A stretch of 64,000 nt of DNA from Terriglobia bacterium (lineage in GTDB: Bacteria; Acidobacteriota; Terriglobia; JAJPHL01; JAPKYU01): assembly GCA_965223005.1 (NCBI GenBank), contig CBDCVK010000010.1, positions 32,001-96,000 of the forward strand, given 5' to 3'. The translations under genes and the position numbers were made by a program. Each line of letters begins with the position of its first letter. Position 1 is the first letter of the stretch. Positions 1 to 9,875 of this stretch are shown here, in pieces. The notes under the pieces were generated by a model. The model was not told the DNA's origin, did not search any database, and saw only the letters and a program-made list of their open reading frames with translations.

Positions 1-2749
1 CCCGGTTCACCAGGATCGTGTTGCAGCGGGGAATATCCAGGCCGTTCTCGATGATGGTGGTGGAGACCAGCACGTCCAACTCGTGGCGCACAAAGCGCAG
101 CATCACCCGCTCCAGCTCACGCTCCTTCATCTGTCCGTGAGCCACCGCGGTCCGCGCCCGGGGAACCAATTTCCGAACTAAGGCGGCGATGGAGGGGATG
201 GTGTCCACCCGGTTGTGCACGAAATAGACCTGCCCGTTGCGGGCCAGCTCCTGCTCGATGGCGCTACGGATCACACCTTCCTGGAAAGGGGTCACGACGG
301 TCTGGATGCTGAGGCGATCCTTGGGTGGGGTCTCGATGACGGAAGTGTCCCGCAGGCCCACCAGCGACATGTGCAAGGTGCGGGGAATCGGCGTGGCCGA
401 CATGGTCAGCACATCCACCTGCTGACGCATCTGCTTGATGCGCTCCTTGTGGCGAACCCCGAACCGTTGCTCTTCGTCAACAACCAGAAGGCCCAGGTCG
501 CGGAACACAACGTCGGTGGAAAGCAGCCAGTGGGTCCCGATGACAATGTCCACCTTGCCCAGCTCCAGGTCTTTCAGAATCTGGTTCTGTTCCCGGGCGC
601 TTCGGAGCCGGCTCAGCATCTCGACGCGAACGGGAAAGGGAGCAAAGCGCTGGCGGAAGGTTTCCATATGCTGGAACACCAAGACGGTCGTCGGCGCCAG
701 CACGGCCACCTGCCGGTTGTCCTGGACCACCTTGAAGGCCGCGCGCACGGCGATTTCTGTTTTCCCGTACCCCACATCCCCGCACAGCAACCGGTCCATC
801 GGTTCGGGCTTCTCCAAATCGCGCTTGACGTCGGCGATGGCACTTAACTGATCGGGAGTTTCGCCGAACTCGAAGGCGTCTTCAAACTCGCGCTGCCAGT
901 GGGTGTCTGCACTGGATGCGATTCCGCTGGCCAACTTGCGCTGGGCGTAGAGCTTCAGCAGCTCTTCGGCCATGTCGCGGAGGGATTTTCGGACACGCGC
1001 CTTGGTGCGCTCCCAACTAATGCCGCCTAATTTGTCCAGTTGTGGCCGGGCACCTTCCAGGCTCCGATACTTCTCCACCAGATCCAGACGCTCCAGCGGG
1101 AGGTAAAGCCGGGCCTGGTCGGCGTATTCCAGCAGCATGAATTCGCCTTGCGAGCCGTTCTCTCCTACCTGGATCTCTTTCAGGCCCTGGTAGCGTCCTA
1201 CGCCGTGGTCCCGGTGCACCACGTAGTCGCCCACCTGCAGGTCGCGGAGGTCGGAGAGCAAAGCGGCCAGCCGCGAGGGACCAGGCGCCACCGCCGGCCG
1301 CCTGGCCACGAGGTCCCAGGTCTCGAACAGGTCCTGGGTGCCGAATATCGCCAGTCGGTTGTTGGGCAACAGGACGCCGCGCGACACCGCACCCTTCAGA
1401 ATGACCATTGAGGTCACGGGCGTGGCAATGTAGGCTTTTTCTTCCAGGTAACCATCGGTGCCCGGGGGCACCTGACGCACCCCAACTTGGTAGGCAAGTC
1501 CGTACTCGGAAAAAATGTCGGACAGGCGTTCCACATCGCCGGTGGTACCGGCAAAGAACACGATGCGGTACCCCTGCGTAACCAGTCGGCGAAGCTCCTC
1601 CGTGCACTGTTTCACGTTGCCATGGAAGCGGGGAGCCGGCTGGCTGGCCAGAGCGAATTCCTGCAGTGTGGCGTCGGGCTCCGGTGGGGTCAGCCCCAGT
1701 TCTTCCAGGTAAACCCGACGGGTTGTCGCCAAACGGGCCTTCAGTTCCTCGCTGCTCAGATAGAGCTGCTCGGGGCGAACCTGCGCGTGCCGGCCGGCTT
1801 GCTGAAATTCTGCCTCCAGGCGCCCGGCCTGCCGTTCCAGTTCGGCGAAGGCACTCTGGGGCTCTTCCGCGATGACCAGGGGATCGGCAGTCAGGTCGAA
1901 GACCGTGCTTGTGAGGGGTCTGACCAGAGGCACCAGGAACTCCCAGCCGGGGAATGGCTCCCCTGGCGCGTAGCGGGCCTCTTCATGCCGGTAGAACTTC
2001 TCCGCCAGCGACGCTACAAGGTCGTGGTGCACGGGAAAATCGGTGAGAGGAAGCAGCGTGACTTCTTCGCGTGGGCCGGTCGAGCGCTGGCTCGCTACGT
2101 CAAATTCTCGGATGGATTCCAGCTCGTCGCCGAAAAACTCCAGCCGGACCGGACGCGGGCACTCGGGGGAGAAGACGTCCACGATCCCGCCCCGTACCGA
2201 AAACTGCCCCACCATCTCCACCGGTTCCCGGCGCAGATAGCCCACCGCTTCCAAGTGGGCGACCAGCGCTTCCAGCGGGAGCGCATCGCCCCGACGCACG
2301 ACCTGGGCCAACTCTGCGTAGAACTCTGGCGGCTGCAGCCGCATGGCCGCGGCCGCCAGCGGAGCCACCACCAGTCGGGCCTGTCCCCGGGCCAGCTTCC
2401 ACAGCGCAATCGCTCGCTTCTCGCAAATATCCGGGTGGGGTGAGAGTCCCTCGTAGGGCAGCGTGTCATGAGCAGGCAGCAGCACGACGTCACCGCGGCC
2501 CGCTGCGGGGTTCAGTAGCTTGTAAAAAATTTCCAGAACGTCAAAGGCGGCCTCGGCCTGTTTGTTGTCAGCGGTGAACAACAGCGCCGGGCCCGCTGCG
2601 GCGCGGGCCAGCAGTGCTGCGTAGAGCCACCGAGCAGTGTCGGTGAGCCCGGTCAGGCGCAGCGTTCCGTGCGTTGGTCTTAGCCCCGTCCGAAACACTT
2701 CGTCCTTTTCCAGTTCCAGGAAAAGGTCTCGGACGAACGGCAGAAGCAT
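1..2749 (-). CDS. mfd: Transcription-repair coupling factor (3' part runs off the window)
   Basis: Manual minus-strand translation: starts [15 protein letters not shown] at ATG 2749; near the window start reads ...[21 protein letters not shown]; carries GDVGYGKTE (Walker A), DEEQRFGV and ATPIPRTL RecG/Mfd motifs. Missing from the ORF track because no stop lies in the window. Confidence 0.95.
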   Translation of the reverse strand, partial: MLLPFVRDLFLELEKDEVFRTGLRPTHGTLRLTGLTDTARWLYAALLARAAAGPALLFTADNKQAEAAFDVLEIFYKLLNPAAGRGDVVLLPAHDTLPYEGLSPHPDICEKRAIALWKLARGQARLVVAPLAAAAMRLQPPEFYAELAQVVRRGDALPLEALVAHLEAVGYLRREPVEMVGQFSVRGGIVDVFSPECPRPVRLEFFGDELESIREFDVASQRSTGPREEVTLLPLTDFPVHHDLVASLAEKFYRHEEARYAPGEPFPGWEFLVPLVRPLTSTVFDLTADPLVIAEEPQSAFAELERQAGRLEAEFQQAGRHAQVRPEQLYLSSEELKARLATTRRVYLEELGLTPPEPDATLQEFALASQPAPRFHGNVKQCTEELRRLVTQGYRIVFFAGTTGDVERLSDIFSEYGLAYQVGVRQVPPGTDGYLEEKAYIATPVTSMVILKGAVSRGVLLPNNRLAIFGTQDLFETWDLVARRPAVAPGPSRLAALLSDLRDLQVGDYVVHRDHGVGRYQGLKEIQVGENGSQGEFMLLEYADQARLYLPLERLDLVEKYRSLEGARPQLDKLGGISWERTKARVRKSLRDMAEELLKLYAQRKLASGIASSADTHWQREFEDAFEFGETPDQLSAIADVKRDLEKPEPMDRLLCGDVGYGKTEIAVRAAFKVVQDNRQVAVLAPTTVLVFQHMETFRQRFAPFPVRVEMLSRLRSAREQNQILKDLELGKVDIVIGTHWLLSTDVVFRDLGLLVVDEEQRFGVRHKERIKQMRQQVDVLTMSATPIPRTLHMSLVGLRDTSVIETPPKDRLSIQTVVTPFQEGVIRSAIEQELARNGQVYFVHNRVDTIPSIAALVRKLVPRARTAVAHGQMKERELERVMLRFVRHELDVLVSTTIIENGLDIPRCNTILVNR

Positions 2750-2800
2750 GGGGTGGAGAGTCCTTGGTCTTACGTGTCAGGTCCGAAGCCGGCGTCTCTT

Positions 2801-3316
2801 TCAGAGGGCCTCGGGCTTCGAACTTTGGACCCCCGGCTGATTTGCAAAGCGCTCGCGCACGGTCTGGATGAGGCAGGAGGTGGACCATCTCGGCTCGAGT
2901 TCGGCCGAGACGACGCACCCGCCACCGGCTTCGACCTCCTCGCGACCCACAATGGCGTCGGGACCCCAGTCCGCGCCCTTGACCAGCACGTGCGGCAGTA
3001 GTGCGGCGATCAACTCCCGGGGGGTGGGTTCGTCAAAGATGGTAACAAAGTCCACGGCAGCCAGCCCAGCAAGCACCTCAGCCCGCTCCTGTTCAGGAAC
3101 CAGCGGGCGGTGCGGGCCTTTCACTACGCGAACACTGCGGTCGCTGTTAACACCCACCACTAGCACGTCGCCCAGCGAGCGGCCGTGCTCCAACAGGGCC
3201 ACGTGGCCGGGATGAAGCAGGTCGAAGCAGCCGTTGGTGAACGCAACGCGGCGGTTCGCCTTTTTCAGTAAGAGCACGCGCTCCAGTAATTGTTCCCGGC
3301 TTAAGGTTTGTCCCAT
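2801..3316 (-). CDS. rfaE2: D-glycero-beta-D-manno-heptose 1-phosphate adenylyltransferase
   Basis: FTNGCFDLLHPGH, VGVNSD.SV...KG..RP and VLVKGADW motifs; start placed at MGQTLSRE. Confidence 0.9.
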   Translation of the reverse strand: MGQTLSREQLLERVLLLKKANRRVAFTNGCFDLLHPGHVALLEHGRSLGDVLVVGVNSDRSVRVVKGPHRPLVPEQERAEVLAGLAAVDFVTIFDEPTPRELIAALLPHVLVKGADWGPDAIVGREEVEAGGGCVVSAELEPRWSTSCLIQTVRERFANQPGVQSSKPEAL

Positions 3317-3469
3317 GACCGTTGTAGCCGTGACTGTTGTAGTAAAGCCGCCAGCAGAAGTCCGACTGGACCATTCTAGTCGGATTGCCTCGAAACAGAT
3401 GTTTTTTACACAGGCAAAGATTTCGGGACGCATCCTGTGAAGGAGGGGCCCCGTTGGGACCACGGGCTA

Positions 3470-3508
3470 GACGCCAGAGTTTGACACCAGAGCTGGACGC
3501 CAGAGAAG
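3470..3508. repeat. 13-bp imperfect tandem repeat x3
   Basis: gacgccagagttt/gacaccagagctg/gacgccagagaag in intergenic DNA. Confidence 0.75.
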
Positions 3509-3617
3509 GCTACGCCACCGGGGAATGTTAGGGAGTGGCCGGGCAGGTCTCCCTGCCTGTCGGTCGAACAGCCAGGGGAGTCATTTACAGGTGTGCAGAG
3601 TGCCAACTGGTAGTTTG

Positions 3618-3842
3618 CTAAGGAATTCCAAAGTGCCACAGAATGGATCCTCCCGCGAGCATACCGACCATCGCCAAACTCCAATGCGTGATCTTGCTCT
3701 TCACTTCACTGCCGAGCATGGTGTAGAGGGTCGCGGCAACCGCGGTTGCCGCAATTCCCACCGGCAAGCTGTAATGCTCGCGGAGACACAGCGACCAAGC
3801 GTAGGCCCCGCATATCAGTAGAGCCAACCGAATGATTGTCAC
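3618..3842 (-). CDS. Small hypothetical membrane protein (74 aa)
   Basis: Three hydrophobic stretches; fills the gap between same-strand genes; no recognisable motif. Confidence 0.5.
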   Translation of the reverse strand: MTIIRLALLICGAYAWSLCLREHYSLPVGIAATAVAATLYTMLGSEVKSKITHWSLAMVGMLAGGSILWHFGIP

Positions 3843-3984
3843 CAGCGAAGCCTCAACATTAGAAGAGTCAGGTCCCGAACAGCGCAGCCATGGCTTGAGC
3901 TGTCACGCTGCCTCTCCTGCATCAAGGATAGGCCTCACGCCGTTCTTTCCAAAACTGTTTTCTCGAGGGGATTCCCGAACTGAA

Positions 3985-4603
3985 CTAGCCAGTGGCAGCG
4001 CGGTTGGCGTCGAGGATTTCGCGCACCAGGGAAGCGAATTGCAGCACCTTGATGGGCTTGTGTACGTAAGGGCAGCCAGTGCTTTCCAGGAACTTGCGGG
4101 TCTCCGAGCCGGTGTCTCCGGTGATGAACATCATCTGGCGCTTGCTACCGAGGGCCTGCGCGTCAAAGAAGCGGAACAGCTGCTTGCCGTCCAGGCCGGG
4201 CATGTGGATGTCAGAAATCACCAGGGAGTACTGCCTGTCCACCAGCTTTTGCAGGCCTTCCTTGCCATCGTTGCCTATTTCCAAAATGCAGTTCTCGTCT
4301 TCCAGAACCTTGCCGAGCAAAATCGTGGTGAGGTCCATCGTCGTCAATCACCAGGATCCGGTCCGGAGGATGCCCTTCAGCAGTGGACGTTCCAGAAGTA
4401 TCGGATTTCACTCTGGCCTGGGCAACGGATGGCGGATTACCCTTCCAGTCTAGTAATTCCCATTCGGTCAAGCCCGCGCAAAACTCGCAAGAGCGCTTAA
4501 GTGGCTTTTTCTGTTGCAAGGCCACCACTTCGTCCGTGCGAAGCTTGTGGAACATACGGGTGCCGCAGTAGGTGCACCGCATTGAAGCTTCGTAGAGAAT
4601 CAT
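3985..4603 (-). pseudogene. Zn-ribbon + receiver-domain response regulator split by a 1-nt frameshift (or sequencing error)
   Basis: 5' frame gives CTYC...CEFC then RILVIDDD; the second frame continues DLTTILLGKVL...ISDIHMPGLDG...FITG...HKP. Removing one base from GAT-GGA-CCT (~4335) joins them as RILVIDDDDLTTILL. Confidence 0.8.
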
Positions 4604-4627
4604 AGGCGTATACCTAGGAATCCATGG

Positions 4628-5005
4628 TCAGGGTTTCAGGAAAACGCTCAATAGCTTGACCGCGACGCCTTTTATCAGCGAGTCTTGGATCTCCTCGACC
4701 CGCACCACTTCCGCCTGCTGCGGCCGTTCGAACGATGACTTTGCGGGGTCGTAAGGGAACACGACCTCAATCATCATTCCCGGCTGGTAGTCGCCGAAAG
4801 CTCGGAAAAAGATTCCGGTGCGGCTCAGGTCCCTCATGGTCCCCACTTGCGAGGACAGGTGGGAAACCTTGACCAGGATTTTAGCGTCGCTCTTGAGGCG
4901 ATAACGGTCCCGCCGATTGGACGCCTCATGTTTGGGCTTGTCAGGCAGCCGCTGCGAGTCGACAGGCGCCTGTGAATCCATCACTCCAATTGACCTGAGT
5001 TCCAT
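4628..5005 (-). CDS. PilZ-domain protein
   Basis: RRDRYR (RxxxR) and DLSRTG (DxSxxG) c-di-GMP motifs. Confidence 0.85.
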   Translation of the reverse strand: MELRSIGVMDSQAPVDSQRLPDKPKHEASNRRDRYRLKSDAKILVKVSHLSSQVGTMRDLSRTGIFFRAFGDYQPGMMIEVVFPYDPAKSSFERPQQAEVVRVEEIQDSLIKGVAVKLLSVFLKP

Positions 5006-5388
5006 TTCTTTTTAACCTCTCATGTCCTGCAAGCACCTAGTTAAACGCAGTGGCCTCGAGCAGCCAATAGGCTAACAGTTACATTTTGCTCGGTACTTTT
5101 GGACCAGCGGGGACGCACCCAACAGGTGCCCCCAATTCTCTCAGGAGAGAGGACAAGCTAGCTGTTTAGAAGTCTTTCAGTCAGAAGTCTTCGGAAGGAT
5201 AAGTGTCAGCAACGACGCGGGTTGGAGGTGAGAGAAAGACCAAACCAGTAGCGGAACGGTCAAAGCCGGCCGCGATGCCACCCGGGAGATGGCCATGGCG
5301 ATCTGACCTTGAGTCGACAGGTTAGCTAGCGTATGCTCTTGGGCGAAAGGGAGGCTCAAAGTGGCAATTCCGGCAAGGATACTTAGCT

Positions 5389-6222
5389 GTGGCTGATCCT
5401 GAACTGATTGATCCCACGATTGATCCGGTCTCGGCTCCGACCCTGTTGGAGTACGAGAATATAGGTGTTGACATCCTCGGCTCGGTGGCGCAGCTGACCC
5501 TGAACCGTCCCGCTACGAACAACTCGCTCACCATTCGCATGATGCAGGAAATCACCCAAGCCATCGAGCAACTGCACGATGCCAACCAGGTGCGCGTGGT
5601 CCTGCTGCGCGCCAGCAAGGACTCCAAGGCCTTCTCGGCCGGAGTGGCCCTGACGGATGCCACGCCCGATCGCGCGTTCCAGATGGTGGAAAGCTTCCAC
5701 GGCATCTTCCTGGCTATGCTGCAAATCTCGAAGCCCGTGGTGACGGTGGTCAATGGACCGGCCGTGGGCGCCGGCTGTGAGCTGGCCTTGTTTGGCGACC
5801 TGGTGTTAGCAAGCGAAAAGGCGGTGTTCGCGCAGCCGGAAGTGAAAGCTGGCCTATTTCCGCCGATCGCCGCTGTTTTCCTGCCGCACCTGGTCGGTCC
5901 CAAACGCGCCCTGCAGATGATCCTGACCGGCGAGCGCATTGTCGCCCAGGAAGCTTTGCGCCTGGGCCTGGTGAACAGGCTGGTGGCCGAGAAGGAGTTG
6001 GAGAAAACGGTCGAGGCACTGGTGACCCAAATTTCCGAACAGAGCGCGCCGGTACTGGAGATGGCCAAGAAGGTGATCTATCTTTCAATGGGCCTGCCGC
6101 TGCAGGATGCGATGAAAAAGAGCGCCGATCTGTATCTGAATCACCTCATGGAACTGGAAGACTCGCAGGAAGGCCTGCGGGCCATCCTGGAGCGGCGCAA
6201 GCCGGTCTGGAAGAATAAATAG
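5389..6222 (+). CDS. Enoyl-CoA hydratase/isomerase family protein
   Basis: LTLNRP, FSAG, SKPVVTVVNGPAVGAGCEL, FAQPEVKAG, C-terminal ERRKPVWKNK. Confidence 0.9.
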   Translation: MADPELIDPTIDPVSAPTLLEYENIGVDILGSVAQLTLNRPATNNSLTIRMMQEITQAIEQLHDANQVRVVLLRASKDSKAFSAGVALTDATPDRAFQMVESFHGIFLAMLQISKPVVTVVNGPAVGAGCELALFGDLVLASEKAVFAQPEVKAGLFPPIAAVFLPHLVGPKRALQMILTGERIVAQEALRLGLVNRLVAEKELEKTVEALVTQISEQSAPVLEMAKKVIYLSMGLPLQDAMKKSADLYLNHLMELEDSQEGLRAILERRKPVWKNK

Positions 6223-6223
6223 C

Positions 6224-6517
6224 ATGTCTACCCCACAACAGCCGAAGATCAACACCACCAAGAAATTTGACTACCGCGAAAGCTACTCCAACAGCGTACA
6301 AATCCGTGTCAACGTGTGGGACTTTTTCCTCCAGTTCGGCACTTTCAACCAGACGGTGCCCGACGCGGTGGAGATCGAATACTTCCAGGGCATCTACCTG
6401 AGTCCCCAACAGGCCAAGGCGCTGTTAAACGTTTTACAGCAGAACGTGGCCACCTACGAGAGCACCTTCGGGGAAATCAAGCTGGACCCGCGCATGGGGA
6501 CGGTGTCGGTCCAGTGA
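6224..6517 (+). CDS. Conserved small protein, DUF3467-like
   Basis: YSNSV...DFFLQFG...IYLSPQQAKALL..L..NV..YE..FGEI pattern; closely coupled to the upstream gene. Confidence 0.7.
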   Translation: MSTPQQPKINTTKKFDYRESYSNSVQIRVNVWDFFLQFGTFNQTVPDAVEIEYFQGIYLSPQQAKALLNVLQQNVATYESTFGEIKLDPRMGTVSVQ

Positions 6518-6527
6518 CCGCTGCTCC

Positions 6528-7166
6528 ATGAGGGCCCGCGCTCTTGCGGTTGTCGGGCGACTAGAGGCCCGCGACGGCTGGGGAGCCCATCTGGCCATGG
6601 TGGTCCTCTGCATCCTCATCGTCATCCTCCTTCACTTCCCTCTTAGGTTGGCAGCAGGGCCGCTGCTTGCTCCGCTCCACAACAAGGTTGAACGCGAAGG
6701 CGGGGTCCGGACGGAGAAACAGTCCGGCCGGAAGGAGGGGCAGGAGCAGAAGCAGAAGAAATCAGGTCAGCAACGAGAGGGGCCGGGCAAGTCGGACAAC
6801 GTCCAGCGGGAAATCGCCCGAATCGTGCGCGACCTGCAGTTCGCGTTGGAAGGTGGCTCGGCGCAGGGTGTGCTGTCGCTGACTGATTCGACGAAGTTCC
6901 GCAACTATGCGAGCTTCCAGGACACAGTGGAACGGCTGGTGCGCGAGGACACCATCCGCGCCTACTTCCGTCAGGTAAGCGGGTCCCGGTCGGCGGAGAA
7001 AGGCAGAGCCCGGAGCCGGGTGGATGCGGAAATGGAGCTGGCGCGCAAGGACGCTGCTGGGCAGACGGAGCGCCGCCGCCGGCAACTGGAGTTCGAATTC
7101 GAGCGCACCCGGCGCGGCTGGCGTATCACCAACATCACCCCGCGCACCTTTTTTGAACCGCTCTAG
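6528..7166 (+). CDS. Hypothetical exported protein, NTF2/SnoaL-like C-terminus (start possibly 6597)
   Basis: N-terminal hydrophobic segment, charged linker, C-terminal FERTRRGWRITNI strand. Confidence 0.6.
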   Translation: MRARALAVVGRLEARDGWGAHLAMVVLCILIVILLHFPLRLAAGPLLAPLHNKVEREGGVRTEKQSGRKEGQEQKQKKSGQQREGPGKSDNVQREIARIVRDLQFALEGGSAQGVLSLTDSTKFRNYASFQDTVERLVREDTIRAYFRQVSGSRSAEKGRARSRVDAEMELARKDAAGQTERRRRQLEFEFERTRRGWRITNITPRTFFEPL

Positions 7167-7187
7167 CGGGTTCTGAAGGTGGCATCG

Positions 7188-8027
7188 TCAGTCGGTTGCG
7201 TTAGCGCGCATCATTCTGCGCCTGTGCTCCAGCGTGCGCAATTGGCCGGCAAAATTGCCCAACTGTTGCTGCAGGTGCTCCACCCGGCGCATCAACTCCG
7301 CCTCCGGATTCTGCGCCTGCTCAACGGCTACTTGCTCGGCCTTGACCGATTGGAGATTGTTGATCAGAACGGCAATGAACAGGTTGGTGACCACGAACAC
7401 CGCGATGACGACGAAGCTCGTGAAGTAAATCCACGACCAGGGATATGCGGCCATGGTAGTCTGCTGCATCTCGTTCCAGCCTTCCAGCGTCAGGATCTGA
7501 AAGAGGCTCAACAGGGCCGTGCCCAGGCCACCCCAGTGTGCCGGAGCCACTGAGGAAAAAAGGTAGTACCCCAGGATGGCATAGACATAGAGCACCACAG
7601 CCAGCAAGGTCACCACATGTGCCATGGAGGGGATGGAGCGCAGCATGGTGTCCACGATCAGCCGCAGGTTGGGTGACACGGAAACCAGCCGGGTCACCCG
7701 CGCCACCCGGGCCAAGCGTGCCACCGTCGCAAACGGCCCGGCGACCGGGAGTAAGGAGAGGGCCACCACTGTGAAGTCGAAAACGTTCCAGCCGTCGCGG
7801 AAGAACCGCGATGTACGAGGCCAGTAGGCCAGCATCCGCACCGCGATCTCGAAGACGAAGATTGTCTGAACAGCCATGTTCAGGACGTGGAACAGCCGCC
7901 CGTAGGCGGCCATCAACCCCCGCGACGTCTCCAGCCCAATGACCACTGCGTTGAAAACGATCACAGCTATGATGAAGGACTGAAACGACTCTTTCTCAGC
8001 GACTCTACGGCACCAAGCTGTCATCAC
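7188..8027 (-). CDS. Prokaryotic 6TM voltage-gated cation channel (BacNav/CavMr-like)
   Basis: GWNVFDF, S4 ARLARVARVTR, pore LFQILTLEGWNEM, S6 NLFIAVLINN, C-terminal coiled coil; AGGAGG SD. Confidence 0.9.
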   Translation of the reverse strand: MMTAWCRRVAEKESFQSFIIAVIVFNAVVIGLETSRGLMAAYGRLFHVLNMAVQTIFVFEIAVRMLAYWPRTSRFFRDGWNVFDFTVVALSLLPVAGPFATVARLARVARVTRLVSVSPNLRLIVDTMLRSIPSMAHVVTLLAVVLYVYAILGYYLFSSVAPAHWGGLGTALLSLFQILTLEGWNEMQQTTMAAYPWSWIYFTSFVVIAVFVVTNLFIAVLINNLQSVKAEQVAVEQAQNPEAELMRRVEHLQQQLGNFAGQLRTLEHRRRMMRANATD

Positions 8028-8195
8028 AAACCTCCTGGAATGGTTTTTGAAGTGGCCCGACTCACAAGCGTTTCCTGGCTCCGAATGGGCCCAGGGTCAG
8101 AATCAATTCGAGGGAGAAATTGGCTGTGGAAACGTGCCTCGTGGCTACAGTGGTAGGACATCCACCCTAGGCTGGGCCTGCCCTCCGACCGGGGC

Positions 8196-8774
8196 TTATC
8201 CCTTCTTCAATTCGGCCAGCACCAGGCGGGCGACTTCTTTGAGGGTCTCAAATACCCCGACGTTCTTAAAGGCGATCGCCTCGAAGACCGGTTCCCCTTT
8301 GCGCACCAACTCCTGCTTGAGTACGTCGAGCGGGAGGGCGTTGGGAAGGTCGCGCTTGTTCAACTGAAGCGCGTAGGGGATCTTGGCGAAATCGTAGCCG
8401 TGCTCCTTCAGGTTTTCTTCCAGGTTTTCAAGCGCTTCCATGTTGGCATCCATACGCTCTTCCTGAGAATCGGCCACGAACACGACACCGTCCACACCTC
8501 GGAGGATCAGCTTACGGCTGGCGTCGTAGAAGACCTGTCCAGGAACCGTGTAGAGGTGAAAGCGCGTCTTGAAGCCTCGTACTGTGCCCAGATCCAGGGG
8601 GAGGAAGTCAAAAAACAGGGTCCGGTCACTTTCGGTGGCCAGCGAGATCATCTTACCCTTGTTGGGCGCATTGTCGAAAACCACCTGCAGATTGGTGGTC
8701 TTCCCGCCCAGCCCGGCTCCGTAATAGACCAGCTTGCAATTAATCTCGCGGGCTGCAAAATTGATGAAGCTCAA
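8196..8774 (-). CDS. mglA: MglA-family small GTPase
   Basis: [45 protein letters not shown] and NKRD closely resemble Myxococcus MglA; TTG start. Confidence 0.93.
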   Translation of the reverse strand: MSFINFAAREINCKLVYYGAGLGGKTTNLQVVFDNAPNKGKMISLATESDRTLFFDFLPLDLGTVRGFKTRFHLYTVPGQVFYDASRKLILRGVDGVVFVADSQEERMDANMEALENLEENLKEHGYDFAKIPYALQLNKRDLPNALPLDVLKQELVRKGEPVFEAIAFKNVGVFETLKEVARLVLAELKKG

Positions 8775-8926
8775 ATCATCTCCCGGATTCAGCTAATTGC
8801 ATCCCTTTGAAAAATAAGGGCGATCCCGAATGGCTCGGAACAAGCGAAGGTATACCATGAGGGGCTTCCTAGTTGCAACGGTTTTGGCGCTTGCGCCGTG
8901 GCCTTGTTGCCCGATGGGCAGGCCCC

Positions 8927-8955
8927 TTGCAACCCCTTGATATTTCTGTTATAAG
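8927..8955 (+). promoter_or_regulatory. Putative sigma70 promoter for the TPR gene
   Basis: TTGCAA-17 bp-TATAAG with extended TG. Confidence 0.55.
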
Positions 8956-9017
8956 TATACGATTGGCCGTGATCTGGAATCTTCGGCAAGGGAAGCTTCA
9001 TGCCGGGAGGCAGCAAA

Positions 9018-9698
9018 ATGAAGAAGCAGGTCAGAAGGAAGCCTGCCCGAGTGGCCAGGGCTACTTCATTGAAGAAAAAGAGGCCTTTATCTAAGCCATT
9101 GAAAAAGAATAAGATATCTGTCCATGGCAGACGCCGTGGCAGTACCGCTCTGCCCGCGAAGGCACGTCGAGCCCGGCAACGGGAAGTCGTGCCGCTGCCG
9201 AACCCGGATCCCCGCGCTAGACTGGCCGTAGAGCAATACGAAGCGGCCGTCCGGCTACTGCAGAAACAGAAGTTCGAGAAGGCTAAGTTGTTGTTCGAGA
9301 AGGCGATGGCCGGACCTACGCAGGAACTGACCGACCGGGCGCGGGTGCACCTGAACATTTGCGAGCAGCGCCTGCGGCGGCGGACCGTGCCTATTCGCAC
9401 TCCCGAGGATCACTATAACGTCGCTGTGGCCCTCATCAACTCCGGGCGTCTGGAGGAAGCTGAGCAACATCTGAACCGGGCCCTGAAGCTAACTCCGCGC
9501 GCCGACCATGTCTATTACGCTCTGTCGGCGGTCCAGTCCTTGCGGGGAGATATCGAAGGCGCGCTGGAGAATCTTCGGACCGCCATTGACCTGGAGCCTC
9601 GCAACCGGTACTTGGCTCGCAATGACCGGGATTTCACGGCTTTGACCGAAGATCCTCGCTTCGCCGACCTGGCCTACCCGGAGAGCAACGTCATCTGA
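9018..9698 (+). CDS. TPR protein with Lys/Arg-rich N-terminus
   Basis: HYNVAVALINSGRLEEAEQHLNRALKL repeats; C-terminal RNDRDFTAL..DPRF; GGGAGG SD before ATG 9018. Confidence 0.8.
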   Translation: MKKQVRRKPARVARATSLKKKRPLSKPLKKNKISVHGRRRGSTALPAKARRARQREVVPLPNPDPRARLAVEQYEAAVRLLQKQKFEKAKLLFEKAMAGPTQELTDRARVHLNICEQRLRRRTVPIRTPEDHYNVAVALINSGRLEEAEQHLNRALKLTPRADHVYYALSAVQSLRGDIEGALENLRTAIDLEPRNRYLARNDRDFTALTEDPRFADLAYPESNVI

Positions 9699-9875
9699 AG
9701 GCCGACCAAGGGTCATTCCTGTGCCTGAGGGTCGCCCCTTTTCCCGAAGCTACGTTCGGAGAAAACAGCGATAATGCGGTTGGACCCAAGCCGGGTGAGG
9801 CAAAACCGGAAGGGAGCCGTACCCGCGCGCTCCAAGTCACCAACGCGTCGTGCTGATCGCTCCACTCGGGACACC

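Noticed and set aside
215-2577. Long + strand ORFs (210-318 aa) over mfd, and similar antisense ORFs over ggt, asnS, folD and the M28 peptidase
   Set aside because: Antisense shadows of well-supported genes in high-GC DNA; no motifs of their own.
3540-3600. Minus-strand CTGTAA...GCAGGGAGACCTGCC resembling a cobalamin riboswitch 3' end
   Set aside because: The GGGAA and GGTG..AATCC core and the B12 box are missing; it reads as a plain hairpin upstream of an unrelated gene.
5134-5157. CTCTCAGG...GGAC resembling a glycine riboswitch 3' end
   Set aside because: No upstream GGAGA or CCGAAG elements, and no glycine-related gene downstream.
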